IMG/VR virus record: IMGVR_UViG_3300027542_000007
Coordinates: 54,860-74,859 of that record
Strand: one strand, 5' to 3'
DNA length: 20,000 nt
DNA from: an uncultured virus (IMG/VR IMGVR_UViG_3300027542_000007)
Taxonomy: Duplodnaviria > Heunggongvirae > Uroviricota > Caudoviricetes
This document shows positions 9,475-16,630 of the stretch, in pieces (within the stretch, counting starts at the first letter, position 1; each line of letters begins with the position of its first letter). The translations under genes and the position numbers were made by a program. The notes under the pieces are model-generated. The model searched no databases. It saw only the letters and a list, made by a program, of their open reading frames with translations, and was not told the DNA's origin.

Positions 9475-9488
9475 AACAATATAGTAAA
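9475..9488 (+). promoter_or_regulatory. late-type promoter AACA-N6-TAAA for the capsid gene
   Basis: AACA-ATATAG-TAAA, followed by an AU-rich leader and RBS AAAGGAGG. Confidence 0.7.
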
Positions 9489-9558
9489 TATTTAATGTTA
9501 AAATTAAATATAAAACCAAAATTATTTAGAAATAAATTTAAAAGGAGGATATAAAACA

Positions 9559-11334
9559 ATGGCTATTGCTGGTGAAAGAAAAAGTAAGCATTTGGCTGAG
9601 GGCTACGAAACTCATTCAATGTATCCATATGCTGCAGCTGTTTGTGAAACAATGACAAATATTCGTCATGAAAATCATGTAGACGTTTTTAAAGATGCTC
9701 GTGATATGATCTTAAGCGACGGAGCTAATGCTACGATGAGGAACTTCTTTGTAGAGAACTCTTGCGACCCGGCTGGAATGACAGCGGCTCAACTTGAAGA
9801 TCACAGAATTACAATGGAAAATCAGTATGAAAATGATGTTGAGGCTATCCGCGAGAACGTTGGTACTGCTGAGATGAATCCGGTAGTCGGTATGACTTTC
9901 CCGATGCATAAGAATATCTTAATGAATATGGTATTTGATAAGGGTTCTATTCAGAAAGTAGTTGCAATTAGTCCATCTATTCCGTTGACGATGGAGACCC
10001 GTATCTTAGTAGACACAGAAGGTAATGAAATTGATATGTTCTTAGAGCAGAACAAGATGACTGCTGCTATTGACAAGACATCCGGGGAAAGAGATTTTGA
10101 AATCGATCTTCCGCTGAAAGACGACGTAGAGCTTGTTCATACATACCTTGGTGGCCTTGCTGGAGCAGATGAACTTTCCAGAGGTACTTATGTATCTGCA
10201 GTTCTGGTTAAGGATGTATACTATGAAGTAGGAGATATTCTTCCGGATCCGGATACCGGATATGTAGAAAGAAACGGAGAGAGAGCAACAACGGCTGGTA
10301 CCCATGATACATGGTACAAGGTTCAGCTTCCGTTCACACCTGGTTATCAGGGATTTGAAAGATCTCTTATGCAGCCTATTAAGATTGCACATAAGACTCT
10401 TGACGGTACAGACGTAAAAGTTACGGAGTTTAAGGATATGCTTTCCGGTTCTATGGAGAAATCCAGAATCAACCTTATGTCTCTGAATGGAAACGTTACG
10501 AAAGTAAGGATTCATTCTAAGCTGGATACATCTAATCATCGTCAAACGACATGTTCTGTTAAGTGGAAACAGAAAACAGATCTTATCGAGATCGATGAAG
10601 CTATTCCGATCAATACAACCATCTCTCCGATGGAAGTAAAGGATATTAGTGCCCTGTACAATATCAATCAGCTTACGAAGATTATGGAGCTGATCAAGAC
10701 GGTGCTGGCGAATTACAAGGATGATAAGATTCTCGAATTCCTTGATAATTCCTTCGACAGATTGGACGCGAGGTCCTCTAATTACACTAACTTCGATTTC
10801 GCGCCGAGAGTAGGATATAGTGGAGATCACATCCAGCATCGTAAGGATACGTTCATGGAGCATCTTGATCGCCATGTTACGATTCTGTCTCAGGCTCTGA
10901 ATGATCCGAGTATGACAGTAACAATTTTCGGAAATCCGGATATTGTCAGCAGGCTTACTCCGAATGAATACACATATCAGTCTCCGGCTTCAATCGGCCC
11001 GATGGAGCTTGATTATCAGAAGACTGTTGTAAATTCTACAATGAAGAGAGTTTACAACTTCATTAGTTCTGATAAGATGCGTAACCGCGATGAGCTTATT
11101 GTTATCATGACTCCGACTGGTAATTCTAATCGTATTACCTACAGAATATATGATTATCAGATGTACATCGCTAATGAAATCAGAAATTCCAATAATCCGG
11201 CACTTCCGGCTATTACGGCATTCGAGCGTTGGAAACCCGTAGAGTATCAGCCGGTACAGGGAAGAATTAATATTCTGAATCCGTCTGGAATCACAGAAGA
11301 TTACAATGCATTCCCGGTACGTGTATTAGATTAA
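9559..11334 (+). CDS. major capsid protein precursor (591 aa)
   Basis: Own promoter, strong RBS and terminator; markedly different codon usage (CCG, CTT/CTG, CGT) suggesting very high expression; follows a scaffold-like gene near the protease; IRE/NVGTAEMNPVVGMTFPMHK resembles the processed N-arm of T4 gp23-type capsids. Confidence 0.75.
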   Translation: MAIAGERKSKHLAEGYETHSMYPYAAAVCETMTNIRHENHVDVFKDARDMILSDGANATMRNFFVENSCDPAGMTAAQLEDHRITMENQYENDVEAIRENVGTAEMNPVVGMTFPMHKNILMNMVFDKGSIQKVVAISPSIPLTMETRILVDTEGNEIDMFLEQNKMTAAIDKTSGERDFEIDLPLKDDVELVHTYLGGLAGADELSRGTYVSAVLVKDVYYEVGDILPDPDTGYVERNGERATTAGTHDTWYKVQLPFTPGYQGFERSLMQPIKIAHKTLDGTDVKVTEFKDMLSGSMEKSRINLMSLNGNVTKVRIHSKLDTSNHRQTTCSVKWKQKTDLIEIDEAIPINTTISPMEVKDISALYNINQLTKIMELIKTVLANYKDDKILEFLDNSFDRLDARSSNYTNFDFAPRVGYSGDHIQHRKDTFMEHLDRHVTILSQALNDPSMTVTIFGNPDIVSRLTPNEYTYQSPASIGPMELDYQKTVVNSTMKRVYNFISSDKMRNRDELIVIMTPTGNSNRITYRIYDYQMYIANEIRNSNNPALPAITAFERWKPVEYQPVQGRINILNPSGITEDYNAFPVRVLD

Positions 11335-11354
11335 TAACCGATCTTTGCAGCTTG

Positions 11355-11378
11355 GGGAGGTGCCTTATGGTACCTCCC
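11355..11378 (+). terminator. intrinsic terminator
   Basis: GGGAGGTGCC-TTAT-GGTACCTCCC followed by TTATATTTTT. Confidence 0.85.
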
Positions 11379-11404
11379 TTATATTTTTCTTTATCATAGG
11401 CTGA

Positions 11405-11419
11405 AACATTTATAATAAT
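11405..11419 (+). promoter_or_regulatory. late-type promoter AACA-N7-TAAT
   Basis: AACA-TTTATAA-TAAT between the terminator and RBS AGGAGG. Confidence 0.55.
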
Positions 11420-11439
11420 ACACATATAGGAGGTTAGCA

Positions 11440-12702
11440 ATGGATACAGATAGAATTATTATAGAAAATGGAGAAATGAAATATGACTTTGGTTACTTGT
11501 TAAAGGGTTTATCTAGCATATATGATAGAGATGCAGCCATAAGATCCAAAGCTAGAGAAACTATTATAGATGAATTAAATAAGTTTTTTACGGATATCAG
11601 ATGTTCAGATGTAAAAATATCTGACAATACCGATAATGACTTCTTTGGCGTTCAAATTATACCATATTTTAGAGACTCATCTGCTATGGCTTCACAAATG
11701 ATGAATCCTGACATGTTTAATATCAAGAGTTCAGAAATTAAATTTGACCACTATGCATTAGATATAGATAGTAAAGTATTTGATGAAGTGTATGAATTCT
11801 CTCCGTTAGTTCTCGCCGCATTGATTATACATGATATAAATGCAATTAATAATCCGCAAGTTGTAAAAGACTTTGTTGCTGCTATTGACTATGTATCCGT
11901 AAAGTCAGGAGTTTTACTTAGACAAAATGATATACAACTTGATCAATACCTGATGCAATTTGTAATGACAGAGTATGTAAGAAAAGTAACATCTTCATTT
12001 GAATTATGTAACGAAAATTTAGTGCTTGCTGATGATTTCATTAGAAATTACGGTCTCACAGAAGCCTATGACCGTGGAATAGAGTGTGTCAAAAAAGCTA
12101 AAAACAATTTAAAGGATCAGATATGTTGTCCTACACTTATCATTAACTGGTATTTATCAGTATACAGATATTCGGGAAATCTGTTTGACCAAAAGACAGA
12201 AATTTCGGATGTTATTGAAGATTCTATTAGGCTCTGTGGTTCTAAATTACTGAGAAAGCTTATGGTAGCTATAGTTGACTATAATAATACTTCATATGAT
12301 AGAAATATTAGAGATTATAGAACAGCATTAACTGAATCTTCTAAAAAGAAGTCTTCATTGTTTACCCAAATTAAAAAGTCTGGAATGAAATCTATAGAAG
12401 ACGATGTATATGAATATCGTATAAGAATAAAGAATATTCAAACGGAATATGAAGCATTAAATCTTATGCGTGAGCTTAATGGAAGAATGGTTATAATAAC
12501 GGATTATTTGGATAATGAAGAGGAGTTATCAGAGCATGAAAAAGAAAGACTTTATAAATTGTATGATAAATATGATAATCTCAGAGAAGAACTTTCTAAG
12601 CAGCCTATATATAATAGAAAGATGTATGGATTATTTGTAGATTACAATGCTTTAAAGCAGATGTCAGATGCTAATATGACTACCATGAACACTTATTATT
12701 AA
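11440..12702 (+). CDS. putative virion protein with a degenerate zincin-like motif (420 aa)
   Basis: Late promoter; LAALIIHDINA and LVLADDFIRNYG recall HExxH...ExxAD peptidase folds; an LTES motif precedes a helical C-terminal domain. Confidence 0.5.
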   Translation: MDTDRIIIENGEMKYDFGYLLKGLSSIYDRDAAIRSKARETIIDELNKFFTDIRCSDVKISDNTDNDFFGVQIIPYFRDSSAMASQMMNPDMFNIKSSEIKFDHYALDIDSKVFDEVYEFSPLVLAALIIHDINAINNPQVVKDFVAAIDYVSVKSGVLLRQNDIQLDQYLMQFVMTEYVRKVTSSFELCNENLVLADDFIRNYGLTEAYDRGIECVKKAKNNLKDQICCPTLIINWYLSVYRYSGNLFDQKTEISDVIEDSIRLCGSKLLRKLMVAIVDYNNTSYDRNIRDYRTALTESSKKKSSLFTQIKKSGMKSIEDDVYEYRIRIKNIQTEYEALNLMRELNGRMVIITDYLDNEEELSEHEKERLYKLYDKYDNLREELSKQPIYNRKMYGLFVDYNALKQMSDANMTTMNTYY

Positions 12703-12716
12703 AACATATTTATAAT
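12703..12716 (+). promoter_or_regulatory. late-type promoter AACA-N6-TAAT with no downstream protein gene
   Basis: AACA-TATTTA-TAAT immediately after stop 12702; predicted +1 at A12714 using AR9 spacing. Confidence 0.7.
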
Positions 12717-12775
12717 AGCTGCTGGTTAATCGGGGTCGGATGCAAAAAGGTTGGCTGGTGGCTATTAAATGGCAT
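12710..12775 (-). CDS. possible 21-aa peptide MPFNSHQPTFLHPTPINQQLL, antisense to the candidate sRNA
   Basis: Minus strand AGGAGG-N8-ATG, open for 21 codons to TAA; lies downstream of the minus-strand holin-like operon. Confidence 0.3.
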   Translation of the reverse strand: MPFNSHQPTFLHPTPINQQLL

Positions 12776-12833
12776 TTTTGGTGCCTCCTGGGTGGAATTA
12801 TAGAGGGCCGAAGCGACCGGCCCTCTGTATTTT
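12714..12833 (+). ncRNA. candidate ~120-nt structured small RNA
   Basis: Flanked by a promoter and terminator; uninterrupted 18-bp stem 12714-12731/12749-12766 (11 Watson-Crick + 7 G-U pairs); second hairpin 12771-12785; CCUCCU at 12784-12789; GC-richer than the flanks. Confidence 0.65.
12799..12833 (+). terminator. intrinsic terminator
   Basis: TATAGAGGGCCG-AAGCGAC-CGGCCCTCTGTA followed by TTTT. Confidence 0.8.
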
Positions 12834-12893
12834 ACCTACTTCGTATTTTGTTTTTGCATGATAGTTCTCTAACAAAAGGTTCCGGTAGCACAA

Positions 12894-13343
12894 CTAGGTG
12901 CTACCGGGATCTTTTTCACTTTTATCTTTCGTGGTTTCGGCTGAGTCAATAGCATCTGGAAGTCGAGCATTTTCTTTCTCTGCCATTGACGCGACATCCT
13001 TAATTATTGGATCTGCACTCTTAGCGAATATCTTTAATAGACTAGTCATAAACTTTCCATTTAATGCGAATTTGATAATGACATAAGCCCACATTCCTAA
13101 CAATATGCATACCACTGCGTATATACTAAATGGAATATTTATTTTTAAATAATCCGCAGCCGCGCACATTAAAAATGTCGAGAATATCGTGGAAGCCACG
13201 ATTTTCGGGATGTTCAATGCACTATTTTTCTTTGATGAGGTCATGGTTTCTCTTATCAGTGATCCCAATAAACACATCAAGAATGTAACCGCAAATCTAT
13301 TGTATAAGAATTCCAATAGTATATCGAGAGTTATATTGTCCAT
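12894..13343 (-). CDS. holin-like membrane protein (3 predicted TM helices, charged C-tail)
   Basis: Hydrophobic segments FAVTFLMCLLGSLI, IVASTIFSTFLMCAAA and IYAVVCILLGMWAYVII; hydrophilic tail; lysis-type neighbourhood. Confidence 0.55.
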   Translation of the reverse strand: MDNITLDILLEFLYNRFAVTFLMCLLGSLIRETMTSSKKNSALNIPKIVASTIFSTFLMCAAADYLKINIPFSIYAVVCILLGMWAYVIIKFALNGKFMTSLLKIFAKSADPIIKDVASMAEKENARLPDAIDSAETTKDKSEKDPGST

Positions 13344-13381
13344 TATACCATCGATACCTCCTTATACATGTATTTAGCAAA

Positions 13382-14440
13382 TTATGATTTAGCACAATTT
13401 GGGTTATCATCTTTAGTTATTGTATCGCTGTCGTCTGTATCGACGCTTTCATTTTCATGCTCGACTATCATATTGTATAGGCTACAAAAATAGAAAATGA
13501 GTCCACACACTGCGATTACTAATGCGACTCCAAATAGGTATAGTATTCTAATAGTCTCAGAATATTCATCTCGTATTACTTCTATGATCTCATCATCATC
13601 TGTTAGATAAGAAGCATTATTTATGATTTGATCATAAAGATTGAATTCCTGAACTATTATTATTTTATTATTATCTTGCTTTACTCCATGAATTATATCT
13701 TCTTGTCCAAATATATCTCCATTACTGGTTATATAGTATGGAATATACACTTGATAGTTTCTAAGCCCATCTAAGCCTTCATTGAGATAAACCTTTTTAA
13801 CTTCATCATATGTAAATTCCTTTATCATTATATGAGAATCCTGCCCATTAATGAGATTATACGGTTCAAATGCAATAATTCCATTAGTACGATTTAATAA
13901 CTTATCGACGCTAACTTGTGCTAATGAACTGTTAAATGAATTCTCTATCTCATGTTCCCAAGATCTGTTAGTAATATGAGTATTACTGTTTTGGGATATA
14001 GTTTCGGCTCTTCGGTAATTAAAATCTTCCAAAACACCATTTGATGTCATAGCAAGCATACTATTTTTGGAATTATTAACACCTTTGAAATCCTTACCTT
14101 TTATATTATTATTAATTATTTCATGAAGAACTGGATTGTGAATATCATTACTCATGTCTTCTTGAATGTCTTTGAGCTGCTCTTTTGGCAATGACAATAA
14201 ATCTCTTTTGACATCTTCGCCTGTTTGATCCACCTCTTCTTTAGCTTCGTCCATAAGAATATCAAGATAAGTATATATAGAATTATACATACTATTCTTT
14301 AAATATCTTATGTTGTTATCTGAAGACTTTTTGAGATCATTTATAACGTTCGTATAAAGGATAACAGACGAAGAGAAGGCAACAATAATAAATATCATTA
14401 GTCTTATTAGAACTAATGACTTCTTATTTTTTTTATTCAC
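13382..14440 (-). CDS. membrane protein with two TM helices flanking a ~270-aa extracytoplasmic domain
   Basis: GTG start with RBS AAAGGAGG; basic N-terminus followed by TM1 (LMIFIIVAFSSSVILY), TM2 (ILYLFGVALVIAVCGLIFYFCSLY) and a short acidic tail. Confidence 0.75.
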   Translation of the reverse strand: MNKKNKKSLVLIRLMIFIIVAFSSSVILYTNVINDLKKSSDNNIRYLKNSMYNSIYTYLDILMDEAKEEVDQTGEDVKRDLLSLPKEQLKDIQEDMSNDIHNPVLHEIINNNIKGKDFKGVNNSKNSMLAMTSNGVLEDFNYRRAETISQNSNTHITNRSWEHEIENSFNSSLAQVSVDKLLNRTNGIIAFEPYNLINGQDSHIMIKEFTYDEVKKVYLNEGLDGLRNYQVYIPYYITSNGDIFGQEDIIHGVKQDNNKIIIVQEFNLYDQIINNASYLTDDDEIIEVIRDEYSETIRILYLFGVALVIAVCGLIFYFCSLYNMIVEHENESVDTDDSDTITKDDNPNCAKS

Positions 14441-14496
14441 ACCGATTAATCCTCCTTTCTTTTATTATTTTTGATACGTGTGAACAACCATTATAG

Positions 14497-14510
14497 GTTA
14501 TATTAATGTT
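14497..14510 (-). promoter_or_regulatory. late-type promoter AACA-N6-TAAC
   Basis: Minus strand AACA-TTAATA-TAAC upstream of GTG 14440. Confidence 0.6.
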
Positions 14511-14543
14511 CTGCTACGCCAGTAGATAAAGTAATATACATCT

Positions 14544-14557
14544 AACTTATAAATAAC
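14544..14557 (+). promoter_or_regulatory. variant late-type promoter AACT-N6-TAAC
   Basis: AACT-TATAAA-TAAC upstream of the holin RBS; the same variant occurs at 16631. Confidence 0.4.
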
Positions 14558-14581
14558 TTTGTAGAAAGGAGGAGCACCAAT

Positions 14582-14986
14582 ATGACGGGAGATGTTATGC
14601 AGCAGCTCTTAAACGAAGTGATACGTAATGTGGATATGGTTGTTTTGATCTGTCTCTTGGCTTTAGGGTTTTGTATAAAACACTTTAAGTTCTTAGCAAA
14701 GGTACAGAACGATCTCATTCCGCCGTTTTTGCTTTTCGTTGCTATTGTAATTGAGTTCATCCAGCATGGATTCTCTATTACTAGTATTGTGATTGCCATA
14801 GTCACTACTGCTATAGCCATCGGTCTACATACCCAGGGGAAGAATATATTTACGGTTACCATAATTCCTAAAATTATTGAATTGCTAAAGGGAATTAGTA
14901 GTGGCATTGAAGATTCTCTTCTCGGGGAGGACGATGAATACGAATGCGACGTAGGTGAAGAAGAAGCAGGAGAAGATAGCGATTAG
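14582..14986 (+). CDS. phage holin (Phage_holin_5_2-like)
   Basis: VVLICLLALGFCIKH...NDLIPPFLLFVAIV...FSITSIVIAIVTTAIAIGLHTQGK pattern typical of clostridial phage holins; RBS AAAGGAGG. Confidence 0.7.
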   Translation: MTGDVMQQLLNEVIRNVDMVVLICLLALGFCIKHFKFLAKVQNDLIPPFLLFVAIVIEFIQHGFSITSIVIAIVTTAIAIGLHTQGKNIFTVTIIPKIIELLKGISSGIEDSLLGEDDEYECDVGEEEAGEDSD

Positions 14987-15004
14987 ATCATTATAAAGCT
15001 GCAT

Positions 15005-15035
15005 AATCCCGGAGGAGAAATCCTCCGGGATTTTT
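15005..15035 (+). terminator. intrinsic terminator
   Basis: AATCCCGGAGGA-GAAA-TCCTCCGGGATT, with the 3' arm running into a T-tract. Confidence 0.9.
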
Positions 15036-15056
15036 ATTGTGAAGGGAGTAATTATA

Positions 15057-15650
15057 ATGAATAGATACGGAGAGATAAAAAGAGAAGAGAAGGGAACGAA
15101 TATGTCTATTTGGAACGTGTTAAAGATTCAAAGAGAAAATGAATATAAAGAATACATCAACAATCACATTCGCAATGTGCACGTAGCATGGGACAAATTA
15201 AAAGAAACCCCGGGATTCAAAGAGCTACTAATAGATGAATTGCATTTGACCGAGCATGAATATGAAAATATGATTCTTATTTTAGACCATGACATTGATC
15301 AACACGATAGATCAAAATGGGATAGGGAAGAATTTGATGCATATAGAAAAGAATATTATTCCATTACACCAGAAGAAAAAGAAGGCAATAAAAATGATAT
15401 AGAAAGAGCATGGAGACATCACTATACTCACAATCATCATCATTGGAATTGGTATCATGAAAATGGTTGTGAAAGCAAAATGCCTATGAAAAATGTAATT
15501 CATATGGTTGTAGATTGGGAAGCGATGAGCTATAATCCGAATAATAGCAGCACAAAGGAATGGTATAATAAGAACAAGAAAGATATATACCTAGGGGAAA
15601 AACAAAGAAATTTTGCTGAAAAGCTAATGGGTTTAATGAATAACAAATAA
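15057..15650 (+). CDS. HD-superfamily DUF5662-like protein (~197 aa)
   Basis: HIRNV, HDRSK, AWRHHYTHNHHHW and HMVVDWEAMS motifs. Start placed at ATG 15057 (RBS AAGGGAG); ATG 15102 is an alternative. Confidence 0.75.
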   Translation: MNRYGEIKREEKGTNMSIWNVLKIQRENEYKEYINNHIRNVHVAWDKLKETPGFKELLIDELHLTEHEYENMILILDHDIDQHDRSKWDREEFDAYRKEYYSITPEEKEGNKNDIERAWRHHYTHNHHHWNWYHENGCESKMPMKNVIHMVVDWEAMSYNPNNSSTKEWYNKNKKDIYLGEKQRNFAEKLMGLMNNK

Positions 15651-15654
15651 GAAG

Positions 15655-15680
15655 CCGGTTGTGGGTTTCTCCACAACCGG
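15655..15680. terminator. bidirectional terminator
   Basis: CCGGTTGTGG-GTTTCT-CCACAACCGG between convergent genes. Confidence 0.85.
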
Positions 15681-15688
15681 AAACTTTT

Positions 15689-16525
15689 TTATACTCTATT
15701 GCTGTCATTAATGTAACCTAAAATATACTCTTCTCCTCTTTTCAAGTCCTCTGCAGATTTTACAACCATATACCTCCCATTATACTTTTTAGCACTATAA
15801 ATATAATAATCTCCAGTGATTGATCTAAATGGAACAGTATCATCTGGGTTCTTATATAGATTAACTGCATTTAATTTTATCCTGCTACCAGTTTTTGGAA
15901 CTATAGCAGGAATATGCTCCTCTAAGTCCATTTTAGCCTTGACCTCTTCTGTTAAGGCATTTACATAAATCGGCTTTCCTCTAGAATTAAACACTGAATA
16001 TCCAAGCCACTCGTCACATACCTTCTTAGCCTCATCCAAGTCAAAAGTAGCTATTTTCTCCGTCTTGTCTTTAAATGACTTCCTTACACGGTATAGATCC
16101 ATAAACGGCGTACTATCTATTTCTATTATCGTTCTTTTTCCACTGTACATATCTTTCAAAACTTTTTTATCAATCTCGTCTAATTGATATGCTTTGATTA
16201 TTTCTATAAGAGTATTAATCTTATCTCCCAGTCTTAAAGATTTTACCACCGAAGTATAATCATAGTTCCCCAATACCCCTTTATAACCATTAGCTATAAT
16301 CCCCATGTCTACAAAACAATCGAAACACTCTTCTATAGATTTGAAAATAAAGAGTTTATCAGTTTTCATACTTCTTAAATCTAGTGGATTATTGTACAAA
16401 ATCTCCCTCTTGCTATCTGATATTATAACCGATTCTGCTATAAGAATTGATGCTAATATTCTTCTATTTTGCATTGTTTCTATAGCTGCTGGCTTTACCA
16501 AATCTATTATTTCTAATCTATCCAT
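15689..16525 (-). CDS. degenerate GH73 glucosaminidase-like protein with two cell-wall-binding-type domains
   Basis: IIDLVKPAAIETMQNRRILASILIAESVIIS...NNPLDLRS and LIEIIKAYQLDEID align to GH73; LYRVRKSF...GYSVFNSRGKPIY and the C-terminal SH3-like domain resemble Lachnospiraceae lysin modules. Confidence 0.7.
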   Translation of the reverse strand: MDRLEIIDLVKPAAIETMQNRRILASILIAESVIISDSKREILYNNPLDLRSMKTDKLFIFKSIEECFDCFVDMGIIANGYKGVLGNYDYTSVVKSLRLGDKINTLIEIIKAYQLDEIDKKVLKDMYSGKRTIIEIDSTPFMDLYRVRKSFKDKTEKIATFDLDEAKKVCDEWLGYSVFNSRGKPIYVNALTEEVKAKMDLEEHIPAIVPKTGSRIKLNAVNLYKNPDDTVPFRSITGDYYIYSAKKYNGRYMVVKSAEDLKRGEEYILGYINDSNRV

Positions 16526-16546
16526 AAAGCAAATCTCCTTTCCTTA

Positions 16547-16560
16547 ATTATTTTAGTGTT
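16547..16560 (-). promoter_or_regulatory. late-type promoter AACA-N6-TAAT
   Basis: Minus strand AACA-CTAAAA-TAAT just upstream of RBS AAAGGAG. Confidence 0.7.
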
Positions 16561-16588
16561 CTTGAGTTATATTAAAATAGTAATAAGA

Positions 16589-16608
16589 TTATATATTATA
16601 TACATGAA
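16589..16608 (+). promoter_or_regulatory. early-type phage promoter box TTATATATTATATACATGAA
   Basis: 19/20 identical to 2333-2352. Confidence 0.7.
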
Positions 16609-16630
16609 AGTGGAATAAAATAATTCCTAG

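Noticed and set aside
10042..10875. 277-aa antisense ORF inside the capsid gene
   Set aside because: Shadow ORF produced by the biased codon usage of the sense gene; no RBS, promoter or protein-like motifs.
12740..12952. 70-aa plus-strand ORF from the ORF track
   Set aside because: No good SD, runs through a strong terminator and overlaps the convergent holin-like gene; the region is better explained as structured RNA.
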